Shown in pieces: positions 1-14,114 of a DNA stretch of 64,000 nt. The translations under genes were made by a program, and so were the position numbers. Positions within the stretch are counted from its first letter, which is position 1. Every line of letters starts with the position of its first letter. The notes beneath the pieces were generated by a model, which saw nothing but the letters and a program-made list of their open reading frames with translations, had not been told where the DNA came from and did no database searches. Origin of the DNA: Eledone cirrhosa (taxonomy: Eukaryota); assembly GCA_964016885.1 (NCBI GenBank), contig OZ024746.1:50654001-50718000 (forward strand). Reading direction: 5' to 3'.

Positions 1-91
1 GCTCCCATACAGCTCTGAGTTCTTCATCCTCAGTGTATACTGATTAATGTTCAGAGCCATTCTCACCACTTCCGTGTAGCACTCATCCACC
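1..91 (-). mobile_element. RTE-clade LINE fragment, same family as 47462-48487
   Basis: Near-identical to 47729-47819 (gctcccatacagctctgag...catccacc), which lies in the RTE ORF C-terminal region. Confidence 0.85.
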
Positions 92-466
92 ATACTTTTT
101 TTACAGTGAACTAACAAGAGCTATTTTTTTGTGAGGGCTGGGGTGTTTATTGAATCTTTTGATACAAAAATTTACATTTTTCAAATTATTATTATTATTA
201 TAATTTTAAATATTTTTTTCTATTGATCTGCGAGATACATCAAAGTTTTCCATTCATACACGAAGAGAAATTTTTGAACGTGCCTGTGTCTATCTTCATT
301 GGTGTCTTGTCAATGTCTTTATAGATGTATTTTTTTGTATCACCCCAGTTGTACTATTTAGAAATATGATGATCAAAGCATATTTCCTATATACCATAAT
401 GATTTTTTCAATAGATATTTTTATCATTATTGTTATTATTTTTATTATTATTATTATTATTAAGAT

Positions 467-2060
467 GGTGGTGGATTGGCAGAATCGGTAGAGCATCGAA
501 CAAAATGCTTTGCAGTATTTAGTTGCATGCCTTTATGCTCTGAGTTCAAATCACTTTATGGTCAATAAAATAAGTACCAGTAAAATACTGGGCTGGATAT
601 AATTGCGCCCCCCCATCCCCCCAACTTCCTTTGAAAATCTATGGTCTAGTACCAATAATAGGTATCCATATCAAAAGGTGGCAGATGGCAGATTTGGTAG
701 TGTTGGAAAAAGTGCCTTGCAGTATTTAATATCCCACTTAGGATAAATTTATCATTTGGGCAATGAAATAGTTACCAGTTAAAATACTTGGCTTGATATT
801 ATTGACTGTATTCTTTCTCTAAATTTCTGACCTTGTGCTTATAATATAATTATTATTATGAGGGCAGTGGAATTTCAGCATTTGTTCCTGCTCTTTACAT
901 TCTGAGTTCAAATCCTGCTGAGGTCAACTTTGCTTTTTATCCTTCCAGGGTTGATGAAATAAATGCAGTTGATATAATTGATTTTCCCCTCTGTACAAAT
1001 TGCAGGCTTTTGCCTAGATTAGAAATTTAGAAATCATTGTGGATTGGCAGTATCGGTAGAGGGTCGGACACCATGCTTTGCAGCAAAGAGTTATGGCCCT
1101 TTATGGTCTGAGTTCAAATCCCGCCGAAGTTAACTTTGCCTTTCATCCTTACGGGGTCGATAAAATAAAGTACCAGTAATACACTGGGATAATTGCTGGC
1201 CTTGTGCCAAAAGTAGAAACAATTATTTTTATGGGGTTAGCTTTGCCTTTCATCCTTACAGGGTCAACAAATAAAGCACCAGTAATGCACTGGGGTCGAT
1301 TTAATTGACTTTCCCCTCCCCCTTCAAATTGCTGACCTTGTGCCTAAAGTAGAAACAGTTATTATTAGAGTGATAGATTAACAATATCGTTAAAGTGTCA
1401 GAGAAAATGCTTTATAGTATTTAGTTACAGCTCTTTATATTCTATTTTCAAGTCCCACCAAGTTTAGCTTTATCTTTTATCCTTCCAAGGTTGGTAAACT
1501 AAAGTACTAGTCAGGTACTGGGCTCAGTTTAATCGATTTTCCCATCCCACCTAAAATTGCCAGCCTTGTGCCTAAATTAGAAGTGGATTGGCAGTATTGG
1601 TAGAGGGTTGGACGCCATGCTGTGCAGCAAAGAGTTACGGCCCTTTTTGATCTGATTTCAAATCCCGCTGAGGTTAACTTTGCCTTTCATCCTTACGGGG
1701 TCGATAAAATAAAGTACCAGTATTACACTGGGATAATTGCTGGCCTTGTGCCAAAAGTAGAAACAATTATTTTGTAATGGATTGGCAGTATTGGTAGAGG
1801 GTCGGACGCCATGCTTTGTTGCAAAGAGTTAGGGCCCTTTATGATCTCATTTCAAATCCCGCCGAGGTTAACTTTGCCTTTCATCCTTACAGGGTCGATA
1901 AAATAAAGTACCAGTAATACACTGGGATAATTGCTGGCCTTGTGCCAAAAGTAGAAACAATTATTTTGTAGGACAAAATGTTTAGCTATATTTGTTTTGG
2001 TTCTTTACATTCTGAATTTAAATCTTGCTGAGGTCAATTTTACCTTTCATCCTTCTGCGG
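467..2060 (+). mobile_element. Head-to-tail cluster of about 9 tRNA-derived SINE copies (SINE family A)
   Basis: Repeated ~190 bp unit with A box TGGCAGTATCGG, B box GAGTTCAAATCC, body ctttgcctttcatccttacggggtcgataaaataaagtaccag and tail gtagaaacaattatt. Best copies are 1039-1226, 1584-1772 and 1778-1965. Confidence 0.9.
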
Positions 2061-2061
2061 T

Positions 2062-2220
2062 TCTCCTTTTCCTTCTTCTTGCTTGGCGAGGCCAGGGTCA
2101 TCCTAAACTAGCGATCCCAAAGCATCATTGTGCATAGAGCCGACCAGGTCCACCAGCACCTTCCATGGCTGGCGGTTCCATGCCAACTCCTCTGCATCCT
2201 CAAAGATGATGTGGAGCCTC
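2062..2220 (-). mobile_element. Short 3' fragment of an RTE-like LINE
   Basis: GC-richer island whose minus strand reads IIFEDAEELAWNRQPWKVLVDLVGS, resembling the RTE C-terminal A.DR..WR..V motif. Confidence 0.5.
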
Positions 2221-2281
2221 CAGCAAAATTGCTGGCCATGTGCCTAAATTAGAAACTACTAATAGTGTTATTTTCATTTAG

Positions 2282-2364
2282 ACATTCTCAATTTATCAAT
2301 TTACATTTTGGAGAGATGTCACTTGAATGACAATGCTGTCCATAGTATGTGCACAATTTTCCCA
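2282..2364 (+). CDS. Candidate internal host exon (ILNLSIYILERCHLNDNAVHSMCTIFP)
   Basis: Acceptor ttttcatttag, open frame, donor CCA/gtacgt, unique sequence among repeats. No homolog recognised. Confidence 0.3.
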
Positions 2365-2563
2365 GTACGTTGCAATTTTTATAATATTGTAGGTGGTCAT
2401 CATTGATATCTCTTTTTTTCTCATCACCATCATTGTCATCATCATCACTATCACCATCATCACTATCACCATCATCATCATCACTGCAGTTTTAATTTTT
2501 GATGGAAAGGAAAGGTAGGGCATGGGTTTTGATGACTTTTTCACTATTTAGAAACACCCACCC

Positions 2564-2604
<41 letters not shown>

Positions 2605-3053
2605 TATCTATGTATTTGTATGTATCTATGTATATTTACATGTGTGTGTGTATATATATATATGTATATATATGCACACACACATCTAGTAATTGTCCCT
2701 CTAAAAGCTAACAAGCCCAATGTTTGGCAGTGTTAAAACTACAGAAGACCTATAATAACAGCAGAGTGCCACTACATAAAACAAGTATGTAGACATGTTT
2801 GTTGTTGTTTTACCTAAACTTCACACACCAAGTGTATACAGGTGTTGACAAATACCTGCTGTATGTATATATACACAGGTGTTACTGTCAAACTATATAG
2901 GAAATCATTCAAGGTTTTGCAACTGGTGTAGAAGAGGGGAGAGGTTTTATTTAACCCTTTCATTACCATATTTATAATGAAAGACACTGCCGCAAATAAT
3001 TAAGAAATTGGAAGGATTTAGTAAAGTAACTTTCTCATTAAGTTGAGATTCAG

Positions 3054-3689
3054 GGCGGTAGATTGACAGTCTCGGTAGAGTGTCGGAATATATGCTTCAT
3101 GGCATAGAGTTATGGCACTTTATGTTCTGAGTTCAAATCCTGCCGAGGTTAAGCTTTGCCTTTCTACCTTACTAGGTCAATAAAATAAAGTACCAGTCAT
3201 GCACTGGGGTTGATTTAATCGATTTTTCCCTTTCTCCTAAAATTGTTGGCTTTGTGCCTATACTAGAAATCATTATTATTAGTGAATTGGCGGTGGATTG
3301 GCAGTATCGGTAGAGGGTCGGATGCCATGCTTTCCAGCATAGTTACGTCCCTTTACGGTCTGAGTTCAAATCCCGCCGAGGTTGACTTTGCCTTTCATCC
3401 TTACGGGGTCGATAAAATAAAGTACCAGTAATGCACTGGGTAATTGCTGGCCTTGTGCCTAAAGTAGAAACAATTATTATTAGTGAATTGGCAGTATTGG
3501 TAGAGTGTTGGACAACATACTTTGTGGCATAGTTACAGCCCTATACATTCTGAGTTCAAATTCTAGTGAGGTTAGCTTTGTCTTTTATTCTTATGGTGTC
3601 AATAAAATAAAGCACCAGTAATGCACTGGAGTCGATTTAATCGACTTGTCCACTCCCCAAATTGCTGGCCTTTTGCCTAAATCAGAAAC

Positions 3690-3720
<31 letters not shown>

Positions 3721-3830
3721 TGAGTTCACATTTCTTGGAGTTGACTTAACCTTTCATACATCTGGAGATCCCTAGAAGTGAAGTAAGTACCAGCCATATA
3801 ATGGTGTCAATTGAATTGATTATACTTTTC
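3054..3830 (+). mobile_element. Cluster of 3-4 SINE family A copies
   Basis: Near-consensus full copy at 3289-3480 and diverged copies at 3054-3275 and 3486-3695. Confidence 0.9.
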
Positions 3831-4535
3831 CCCACCCATGTGATAATTTTATTTTTTCTTCACAACTTATGCTACTACGATTTCTATCATCACCACTTTT
3901 ACTACTACTAGTACTACTGCTACTACTACAGTGACTATAGCACTATTTTTATAACCCTACTGCTGCTACTACTGCTAATACTACTTACTGTCTTTACTAC
4001 TAATACAACAACCTTACTGCTGCTACTAGTAATACTGCTATTACTGCTGCTACTACCATTATCACAATGACCATCATCATCATTAGAAATTAATGTACCC
4101 CATCTTCACTATTCCTCACACTACTCCTTCCACCCACTCATACACTCAGTACTTATATAGTCTCTACACCTACTACCACTTTTGCCACCCCCAACCTCTT
4201 ATTTAGCCATCCATACACTAGGGTCAGTGTATCAGTTGATCGGGAAGCTTCAGGCCAGAACGTGCTAGATCTATATACACAGTTATATACGTACGTATGT
4301 ATGTATATGTATGTATGTATGTATATATATATGTATATATGTAAACGTACGTATGTATGTGTATATATGTATCTATATATGGATACATATGTATATATAT
4401 ATATGCATCTATATGTGTGTGTATGTGTATGTGTATCTATATATATGTATATATATATATATATGTATGTATATGTATGTATCTATCTGTGTGTATGTGT
4501 ATCTATCTATCTATATATATGTATGTATATATATA

Positions 4536-4580
<45 letters not shown>

Positions 4581-5258
4581 ATGTATGTATGCATCTATCT
4601 GTGTGTATGTGTATCTATCTATATATAATATAATATAATATAATATACTATACATACATACACACCACACATATACTTGAGAATTGGTCTAATTTTCAAA
4701 ATAATAAAACACATTTGTTTTCATTGGCCAGTGTTGTTAGTTATGAATTAAAGTATCAATAACACACGGAGACGTTATCAGTGACAAACTAAAGTGTCAC
4801 TAGATTATCTGTGACACTCTCATAATGTTTCACAATACACTTAGAGATTATTGGTGGTGAGACCATGAAGTGTCGTGGCATAGTTTTTGAAGTCTCTGCT
4901 CTAGATATAGTCGAGATGTTGGTATATATATATACCTACCCTCAAAGTCAAGTTAACCTATCTCTATAGTTGAGATGTAGGTATATACGAACCATGAGGG
5001 TAAATATATACCTACCCTCAAAGTCAAGTTAACCTATATTTGAGATCTGGGTATATATTCACCCTCAAAGTCTAGTTAATGCTCCTTTAGCCTCCTTTTT
5101 CTGACATTGATTTTATTTCTTGGTGGCTGTATGGGGTTGTTAGACATCTAACTGCAGTGAGAGGTTCAGTTTTGGCTGCGGCTATATTATACTGAAACAC
5201 ATTTTCACACATACATACACAATGTCCTTGTCTCGCTTTCACACACACATGCACATAT

Positions 5259-5300
<42 letters not shown>

Positions 5301-5533
5301 TGTCCGTCTGTCTGTCATACATATAAACATGCATACATATATACATGCACACACATTGTCCCTCTGGCTCTCATACATATAAATATTCATACATATAAAT
5401 ATTCATACATACACATTACACATGCACACACATTGTCCCTCTCTCTCTTACATATAAACATGCACACATAGTGTCCCTCTGTCTCTCATACATATAAACA
5501 TGCACACATACACATGCACACACATACACTCAG

Positions 5534-5591
5534 TTCAAAGCAATGTTGGCTGTTGAGGAATTGGAATTTACATCCTCAGAGTTTCAGTATT
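5534..5591 (+). CDS. Candidate internal host exon (FKAMLAVEELEFTSSEFQY)
   Basis: Weak acceptor actcag, open frame, strong donor T/gtaagt. Phase-compatible with the candidate terminal exon at 15241. Confidence 0.35.
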
Positions 5592-6049
5592 GTAAGTGGC
5601 TACCAAATGTGTCAGGTTCATGGAGGCAATATATCTAGCCAAGAAACACATGTCACCTCACGACTATCATGTGTTTCTTGGTTGTAAGTGTTGTCGTCCA
5701 TCATGCCATCGAGGCTACCATGTCACCATGACTACCATACCACCATGGCTACCATGTCGCCATGTCTACCATGTTGTTGTTGAGATGTGTTTATCAGTTA
5801 TTAATCCCTTCCGCTCACTAGAGATAGCTGGCTTGACTGGTCATTCAGGATGGTCATATCTCTTAGATTCTGTGGCATAAATACTTGCTTCATGTGATTG
5901 GTCAGTTTGGTTAAACTGTATGTCACTGTACGAATGGTCGGACTATGTTATGTATGGTCAATGTAACAGATGTGATATAGACATCTTATATTAATCAGTT
6001 TATGTGAGGTCTCTCTAGTAGTCATTGATTGGTCATTCTATGTAATTAG

Positions 6050-6460
6050 TGATCATTTTAACAGCTGTCTCTCTGTTAGTGACTGGTTAGTCTATCTGTC
6101 ATTAGTGGTCACTTTAACAGATGTCTATCTATTATTGACTGGTTAGTCTATCTGTTATTAGTGGTCAGTTTAACTGCTGTCTATCTGTTATTGACTGGTT
6201 AGTCTATCTGACATTAGTGGTCAGTTTAACAGATGTCTATATATCATTAGTGGTCAGTTTAACTGCTGTCTATCTGTTATTGACTGGTTAGTCTATCTGA
6301 CATTAGTGGTCAGTTTAACAGATGTCTTTATATCATTAGTGGTCAGTTTAACAGATCTCTATATATCATTATTGGTCAGTTTAACAGATGTCTTTATATC
6401 ATTAGTGGTCAGTTTAACTGCTGTCTATCTGTTATTGACTGGTTAGTTTATCTGTAACAA
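6050..6460. repeat. Minisatellite of alternating ~22-33 bp units
   Basis: Recurrent attagtggtcagtttaacagatgtct and ttgactggttagtctatctg. Confidence 0.85.
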
Positions 6461-6734
6461 GTGACGTAGATTTCTGTGTTGTTACTCAGCTTAGTCAAGC
6501 ATATATGTTGTTTCTGTGCTGTGATTGGTCAGCCTGACCAGTTAAACACCTGGCTTTGGTAACTCATGTGACATGGTAACAACATCACTGCTGTCCCCTT
6601 TCTCTGTCGGTGATCCTGTTTTGTAGTTCTACAGTTGACCCTTCAGCTACCCCGAACTGCTACAAACCCCCACCTGAGCATACATGTGCATGTTAGTGTG
6701 TTGGACTTTTGTCTGTTCCAGTTGTCCAAACAAT

Positions 6735-7080
6735 AGAACAGCCTGCTCATGAAATTAACATGCAAGTGGCTGAGCATTCTGTGGACAGATGCACCCTTAA
6801 TGTAATATCCCAAAGAGATTCAACATGACACAGTGTGTGACATGGTTGGCACTTTGAATTATAGGTACAACTCATACACTTATCTGTGTGTGTGTTGTAC
6901 CTTTGCTGGCTCTGATGATGAGTGCTGCAATTGTTCAAACAACAGAACAATCTACTCAATGTGCATGTGGACATGTGTACTCCAATGTAGTTCTCAGGGA
7001 GATTCAATGTGACAAAGCTGACCTTTTGAATTACAGGTATAACTCATTTTTTTTTTTTTTTTTGCCAGTTGAGTGGACTG
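6735..7080 (+). repeat. Two partial copies of an interspersed repeat (another copy at 18520-18705)
   Basis: gaacagcctgctcatgaaattaacatgcaagtggctgagcattc...tacaggtacaactcattttt...gccag shared with 18560-18705. Confidence 0.7.
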
Positions 7081-7387
7081 TACATGTGGACATGAAAGAA
7101 CATCATTTGGCACCTTTACTGCATACATGCTGTGATCTATTGCGTGACCAGTATGTGTCTAGTGAAGTGTGTCTTTTATGTGTTCTCTGTGTTGGGCTAT
7201 TAAGAAAGGTGCGCATCTGTTTGTGAACAAATGTACCATATCAGTTGTTCAACAATCTTTCCTTCTGTTGCCATGTCAACCCCTTTCTGTGCTTCCTTCC
7301 TTCTCTTCTTCCTATCTACCTCCTTCACACTTCTAGGTGCCACACATCATTGCTGTACACTGAATGTCTGTGCGTGTGAGTGTGTGC

Positions 7388-7436
<49 letters not shown>

Positions 7437-7504
7437 CACGCACTACATATGTAAACATGCAGTACATGTGCCATAATAATGATTGGCATATGCGTGCAAT
7501 ATGC

Positions 7505-7700
7505 AATCAGCACTATCAGCCTACATCAACACTATCAGCCTACATCAACACTATCAGCCTACATCAACACTATTAGCCTACATCAACACTATCACTCTCC
7601 ATCAACATTATTACCCTGTATCAGCACTATCAGCTTCCATCAACACTATCAGCCTATATTTATGCTATTCTCCATCAAAGCTATCAGCCTCAATTAACAC
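7505..7700. repeat. 19-bp minisatellite
   Basis: Unit cactatcagcctacatcaa, decaying towards about 7930. Confidence 0.85.
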
Positions 7701-8973
7701 AACCCAGAGCTACGCTATCCTACTTTATCAATGCTATCAGTCTAAATCAGCACTATTGATCTAGATCAACACTATCAATATTATCAGCTTTAGTCTATCC
7801 TATCAACCTAAATCAATGCTACTACCCCAAATCAACATTATTAAATTAATATTATCTGCTTTAGTCTATCCTATCAACCTAAATAAATGCTATCAGCATT
7901 ATCGGTTTTAGTGATCAACCTTAGTCAATGCTGTCAGCTTTAATCAACACTAATTGGCCAAAATCCCTATTAACCTATTAACAGAAAGGAGTTCTGTAGC
8001 AGAAGTCCTGACTATAGTCAATCTCTCCTCCAACCATAGTTTGAACCCTTACCTACAACATTCACTTTAGTCAACGCTCCCGTTTGATACACTGACCTTT
8101 CAACTTTCTAATGGATGATTTTTCGGTAAAAGAAAACAAAAACAAAAGCTATTTATTGCTCAGTACACACATACACACATATATATGCTACTAACTGCAT
8201 ATGTTCCTACACACACACATACATACTTACATAAAAGCTTGATTTATCATCAAAGTTTGCCTTTAAAATGTAGCTTTTTGCAAACATGTTGCTTTGTTTT
8301 ATTATTTTTCTATGTGGTTAGGTGTGGCAGAGTGTAGACTGTAGAGACATAAGTATGTCCCTTCATCCTTCACCCTTCTCCAGGAAACAATAAGACTAAT
8401 GTGTTGTGATGTAGATCTGGATTCCCAAACTTTTAAATCATCCTTGACCTCCTATTGACCCCCAGACATGTACTAAAATAAATCTATAAACAGAATATAT
8501 AATAGACAGTAAAGACTAATCTTATATAAATCAGAAACCTGTATAAGTATGTTATATCAAACACTTTGGGAGCTTCTAGGATAGAGGTATGGGTTTATCA
8601 CTTCACACCTCTCATTCCAGGAAGCCTATTAGTAATAATAATGATTTCTACTATAGGCACAAGGCCAGCAATTTTGGTGGATGGGGAAAGTCAATTAAAT
8701 CAACCTCATTGCATTACTAGTGCTACAATAATAATAATTGTTTCTACTTTTGGCACAAGGCCAGCAATAACCCAGTACATAACTGGTACTTTATTTTATC
8801 AACCCCATAAGGATGAAAGGCAAAGTTGACCTCGGCGGGATTTGAACTCAGAATAAAAAGGGCCGTAACTCTGTGTTAAAGCATGACGTCCGACCCTCTA
8901 CAATAATAATAATGATAAGGAAACCAACCGAACAGATATCAATTGATGTATTAACCATCATTATCAATATAAA

Positions 8974-9160
8974 GCGGTGGATTGGCAGTATCGGTAGAGG
9001 GTCGGATGCCATGCTTTCCAGCATAGTTACGTTCCTTTACGATCTGAGTTTAAGTCCCGCCGAGGTTAACTTTGCTTTTCATCCTTATGGGGTCGATAAA
9101 ATAAAGTACCAGTAATGCACTGGGTAATTGCTGGCCTTGTGCTAAAAGTAGAAACAATTA
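8974..9160 (+). mobile_element. SINE family A, full length with TSD
   Basis: Consensus body flanked by the direct repeat attatcaatataaagc. Confidence 0.9.
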
Positions 9161-10470
9161 TCAATATAAAGCTGCTGTAGTGGTTAGAGTGATGGAGAAA
9201 TTACCTCGTGGAATGTAGTTATTTCTTTAAGTTCTCAGTTGAAATTCAGCTAGAAATTACTTCATCTGTCATATATTTCTGGGAGGTGATAAAATGAAAT
9301 ACCCATCAAATATTGGAGTTTGATGAAAATGACAGTTCTTTCCTCTAATACACACACACACACACACACAACACTTGAGGTGTATGTGTGTGAATGTATG
9401 TCTTTCTGCCTTTATCTTAAGCTTTTTTTGTGAATAAACATTTGGAAGCTGATAGCTAGTGCCACCAAGTGGATTCCAGTACCACAGGAGTGGGTAATCT
9501 GCCAACAGTCAACTGTTTCTGACTGATGCCCATTATCAAGACAGTGTTCCCTTTCCCTGCTCTCTGCTGGAATCCAATGACAAACAAATATATATAGTTC
9601 GAGACGATAGAGGCACAAAAAGCCTTAATATGGAAAAGGGGAAAGAAAGTTTGACAGAGACAGGATCACAAAGGAGATACAGAAATAAAGGAATATATAT
9701 TTATCATCATCATCATCATCATTTAATGTCTATCTTCCATGCTAGCATGGGTTAGATGGGTTTGTCCCACTTGAGACAAGATTGGTCGTGTGATCGTAAT
9801 CTTGCTCGTATAGAATTGTCTCTGGCTGGTTTTCTACTGGATGCTTTTTGTTGTCTTCTACATGACCACTTTACAGAGAAAGGGTGGTGTGGGTGGATGG
9901 AGTAGGGTGTGTGGAGTGGGATGTATATTGGGTTAAGAGGTGCCTACTGACTAGGTTGAAGTTTGTAAGATATATATATATAAATAAAGGCAGTTTAAAT
10001 CAAGTTTGCAATACCTGTCGCTCCCGTGTAACCCATACTAGCATGTAAGATAGCTGTTAATCAAATATGATGATGATGATGATGAGGAGGAGTTGGGTAT
10101 TAGACATATCGCTTCATAAATAATTGAATATTTATATCGGTTTCACTTCAATAATCACTCAATCTCATTCTGCTGAAATATCTTATATAGTGTTAAAGCC
10201 CGGCGTTGCTCGGGGTCATTAAGTTACCAAAGTTAGGTTGCACCACCCATTTTATGGCAGCACTTGTTTGTCTGCCAGGCACTGGGTGAATGAATTGCAG
10301 ACCTGGAAGCAGGAGCTGCGCCAGCAGTGACAATTGTAGTTTCGCCTATGGATATTATCTCTGTGCAAAAAAGTGTTGAAATTTATTGTTTCACAGTACT
10401 TGCGCAACACGTGCGTAGACGATGCCAGCCGAACAACAGAGCTGCGATGGAGTTGTTCTGCATGGTTGTC

Positions 10471-10750
10471 TATGTGTTTTCTAAATTTAAGACAGTAGGG
10501 AGGGGTGTGATATGGGGGAGAGTTAGCTGCTGTTTCTAGCAGGTTTAGTAACCTCATAGAGGATATGTGTTTTCTAAATTTAAGACAGTAGGGAGTGGTG
10601 TGATATGGGGGAGAGTTAGCTGCTGTTTCTAGCAGGTTTAGTGACCTCATAGAAGATATGTTTTCTAAATTTAAGACAGTAGGGAGGGGTGTGATATGGG
10701 GGAGAGTTAGCTGCTGTTTCTAGCAGGTTTAGTGACCTCATAGAGGATAT
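10471..10750. repeat. Three tandem copies of a ~93 bp unit
   Basis: tatgtgttttctaaatttaagacagtagggag...gacctcatagagga starting at 10471, 10564 and 10657. Confidence 0.9.
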
Positions 10751-10764
10751 TATTGTTTATCATT

Positions 10765-11640
10765 ATCTATAAAAGGCAGATTGTTGTTGTTGTTGTGTGT
10801 GTGCACATGTTCCATGTTTATACATTTGCACAATTTCAAACCGATTCGACTCAAAGTCTGTAAGAATCCACGTTCGTTGAGAGGTTTTAAAAAAGATTTA
10901 TCGCTTGTTGTTGAATAAATGTATCTGTTGCTTTTGAATAATTGTCGTTTCGTATGAAATGTAATAATTGTTTCTACTTTTTTGGCACAAGGCCAGCAAT
11001 AACCCAGTACATTACTGGTACTTTATGTAATAATAAACGTTCTCTCTCTCTCTCCCTCTCACTCTCTTCTCTCTCTCTCTTCGGCAATCACGCACGTTGT
11101 TTAATTGCTTTAAATGTGTGTGTTTGTATGTGTTTGTAAATAAATCATTAAGTTTGAAGCAACTAAAAGTTAGTGTGGTTATAAATCACGCACGTTTAAT
11201 TGCTTTAAATGTTTTTTTATCATTTGAAGTGAGTGTGTGTTTGTATGCGTTTGGAAATAAATCAGTAAGTTTGAAGTATAAAAGACAAAGTAGCAAAATG
11301 TGTGGGTTGTAGATAGAGGATAGCAGATGATATGAGAGAGTAAAACGGACAGTATCACCATCAAGCTTGGAAAGAGAAAGTAGCAGAAAGTGTGAAGTTG
11401 TATAGATTTTGAATGGTAATGGAAAGAGTTGAGCAGTTTAAATGAGAGAGAAAAATCGTAAAATATTGAGTTTTATCTATTTTTTGCGTAATTGTGGGTG
11501 AAATTGAAAAAATTATATGTGCCAAGACGCAATCAAAGCTATTTCGAATACTGAATTGTAAATTTCAATTGAAGAAATTCTATATCGTAGATTTCTATAA
11601 CAAAGGAGCATGTCCATACACTGAGCTTTATAGATTATGA
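10765..11640. mobile_element. Possible non-autonomous Helitron/Helentron-type element
   Basis: Begins atctataaaaggcagattg followed by a (TG)-rich tract and ends gctttatagat, an architecture reminiscent of DINE/HINE-like repeats. No coding part. Confidence 0.3.
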
Positions 11641-12109
11641 TATATAGATATATTATGTATAGTGGCATCTACATATATCATTCTGTTTAACTTTCATATC
11701 TGTCATCTAAGTATGGTGGATTATGTTTATATACATATTCATACCTCTCTGTATATCTTCCATATCACTCAATTCGATTCTGCTGAATATTTTCTGTAGA
11801 TATATATTGTTATAAAGTGATATTATATCTTTTTGTTTACATTTCATATCACTGAATCTGATTCCATCTCCTGTATTATCTTATATAATGTTATATCTGT
11901 ATATAATCCTCTTTATCTTCGATATCTCTCAATCTGATCATATGTAAGTGAGATGCGGTCCTCTGGCCATATATTATCTTATAATGATATCATTATACTT
12001 TTTTTTTTAATCTATCTCTTATACCATTCAATGTGATTGTATATATGTATTATCTTATACATACACACACACACACACACACATGTATTATATATATACA
12101 CACAGTGTA

Positions 12110-12152
<43 letters not shown>

Positions 12153-12154
<2 letters not shown>

Positions 12155-12278
12155 CGAAGGAAATGTGATAAGGAACCAGATGGACCATAACACACCAAAG
12201 TACTCAATACTTAGGGTAGTAGAGTGGGTAATAGGAACGAGTAGAGTGGGTAATAGGAACGAGTCCTACTCGTTCCTA
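12153..12278 (-). repeat. Terminal fragment of the HHR-bearing repeat family seen at 49584-49692, between TA runs
   Basis: aacgaaggaaatgtgataaggaaccagatggaccataac...gggtagtagagtgggtaatagg also occurs at 43170-43255 (inverted), 50091-50180, 51525-51660 and 54421-54540. Confidence 0.8.
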
Positions 12279-12308
12279 TATATATATATATATATATGCA
12301 CACACACA

Positions 12309-12406
12309 CAGTGTCCCAAAAAATGTATACACACTTCAACAGCGCGCTAATAGATATTGCCTGTACAAGTAATCAAAGTGTGTATGCATTTTTTTGTGAC
12401 TCCCTG
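12309..12406. mobile_element. Tc1/mariner-type MITE (~100 bp)
   Basis: TIRs cagtgtcccaaaaaatgtatacacactt / aagtgtgtatgcatttttttgtgactccctg. Confidence 0.75.
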
Positions 12407-12429
12407 TGTGTCTATAAGGGAGTATTTAC

Positions 12430-12470
<41 letters not shown>

Positions 12471-12813
12471 GGTAAAATCCCCTTTGGTCATGAATGACCA
12501 TGGGTTTTGCACCGAGAAAGTTTCCTTCTGTGGCACAAGTTTGGTCAAGGTATTTTTGTCGAAGACCAGCATTTGCCCATGCCAAAGGCCAATATAGCTT
12601 GGCACCAGTTCATCGCAGCTTATTTCTACAGCTTGCTCAAGGAGACAATGCATCGCCTGGTCCGGAAATCAAACTCACAACCACATGATGTGAATCCGAA
12701 TCTCTAACCATTAAACTACATGCCATATATATATTTTCATTGTACTTCATCATCTGTTGTTTTTTGTTCTGTTTACTTCTCTCTCTCTCATACAGAGACA
12801 CAGAGTTATGCAA

Positions 12814-12983
12814 AGTGAAATTCCGTTATGATGAAATCCACAAGGTATAAAAAAAATTGGTTGTAACGAAAAATTCTTTATAATGAGATCAACTGAAACA
12901 AATTGAGCGTTTGTTTGTTATTACCTCGGAGATTGAAAAAATTTTTCGTTATAATAGTATTCATTATAACAGAATTTTACCTC
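12814..12983. mobile_element. Tc1/mariner (pogo/Tigger-like) MITE, older copy
   Basis: Homologous over its full length to 16461-16648, with degenerate TIRs. Confidence 0.75.
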
Positions 12984-13082
12984 TATTTCTCCGTCTATCT
13001 TCCTATAAAATTCATTTATTCTATATAGTAGACCTCTATGGTATTTGAAACTAAGAATATAAAGAGCTGTAAACTAAATAAG

Positions 13083-13258
13083 TGTTTCTACTTTAGGCAC
13101 AAGGCCAGCAATTACCCAGTGCATTACTGGTACTTTATTTTATCGACCCCGTAAGGATGAAAGGCAAAGTCAACCTCGGCGGGATTTGAACTCAGATCGT
13201 AAAGGGACGTAACTATGCTGGAAAGCATGGCGTCCGACCCTCTACCGATACTGCCAAT
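13083..13258 (-). mobile_element. SINE family A with TSD
   Basis: Reverse-complement consensus with TSD taaactaaataa. Confidence 0.9.
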
Positions 13259-13857
13259 AAACTAAATAATACTTGTGATTCTTAGATTGACAGATTGTTG
13301 TCTTCCTACATTTAGATATTATCTCATCATCACCACTGCTATTTACCATCACCCCAGCCCCTTTCTCTGTTCGTTATTTATTTATTTTTTTAATATTCTT
13401 TAGGTTTAAATCACTTGGTTGGTGTGGTGCCTTGCTGTGTTGGGAGTTAGCTGGAGTGGGTGGAGTCGATGTGTTTTAGGGTATTTGATGTCTTCGTCAA
13501 TGGCATCACACTTGCATAGGTGTGTGTATGTAACTACACACATGCACACATACATTGAGATAAACACTCACATACACATGCAAACATTTACATGTGTGTA
13601 TATGTATATATATATGTATATATATGTCTGCACATATATATGTGTGTGTGTATATGTATATATGTATATATATATGTTTGGATAAATATCTATATATCTA
13701 TATATGTGTGTGTATATGTATGTAAAATAAAAGAATGATCAACATGGTATTGAAACAATTACAAGGGGCATCTGAGTTTGAACTGGAGGAACTCTCAATC
13801 GACTGTTGAATGCTATACCATGGAGCTGTGTGTGTGTATGTATGTATATATATATAT

Positions 13858-14040
13858 ATATTTGAAAAAAAGGAAAAGAATGACTTCATTTGGAGTGTTA
13901 AAAACATTTTTGATTTAATTTTATATTATAATATCATCAGTTGGTTGGATCTACCAACTCATAATATTATAATATAAAATTAAATCAAACATTTTTTAAT
14001 ACTACAAGTGAAGTCATCCTTTTCCTTTTTTTCAAATATA
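13858..14040. repeat. Imperfect ~85 bp-arm fold-back next to a TA run
   Basis: tttgaaaaaaaggaaaagaatgacttca...ttggt pairs with accaa...tgaagtcatccttttcctttttttcaaa. Confidence 0.85.
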
Positions 14041-14082
14041 CCTAACTGTACCAAGGATCTCACACATTTTCCAATATATATG

Positions 14083-14114
<32 letters not shown>

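Noticed and set aside
3289-3380. tRNA gene
   Set aside because: The A and B boxes belong to a SINE head that continues into a shared body and tail. No cloverleaf
4262-4638. [12 protein letters not shown]-type ORFs here and throughout (15517-16275, 22923-23671, 31100-33366, 40907-42284, 60036-60396)
   Set aside because: Translations of TA, TG and CATA microsatellites that simply lack stop codons
6050-7700. CRISPR-like arrays
   Set aside because: Contiguous minisatellite units without unique spacers, eukaryotic context, no cas genes
13404-13520. Unique-looking segments after AG acceptors (also 10289-10330 and 4206-4290) as host exons
   Set aside because: Early stops or no consistent phase and donor. 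Too weak without RNA data
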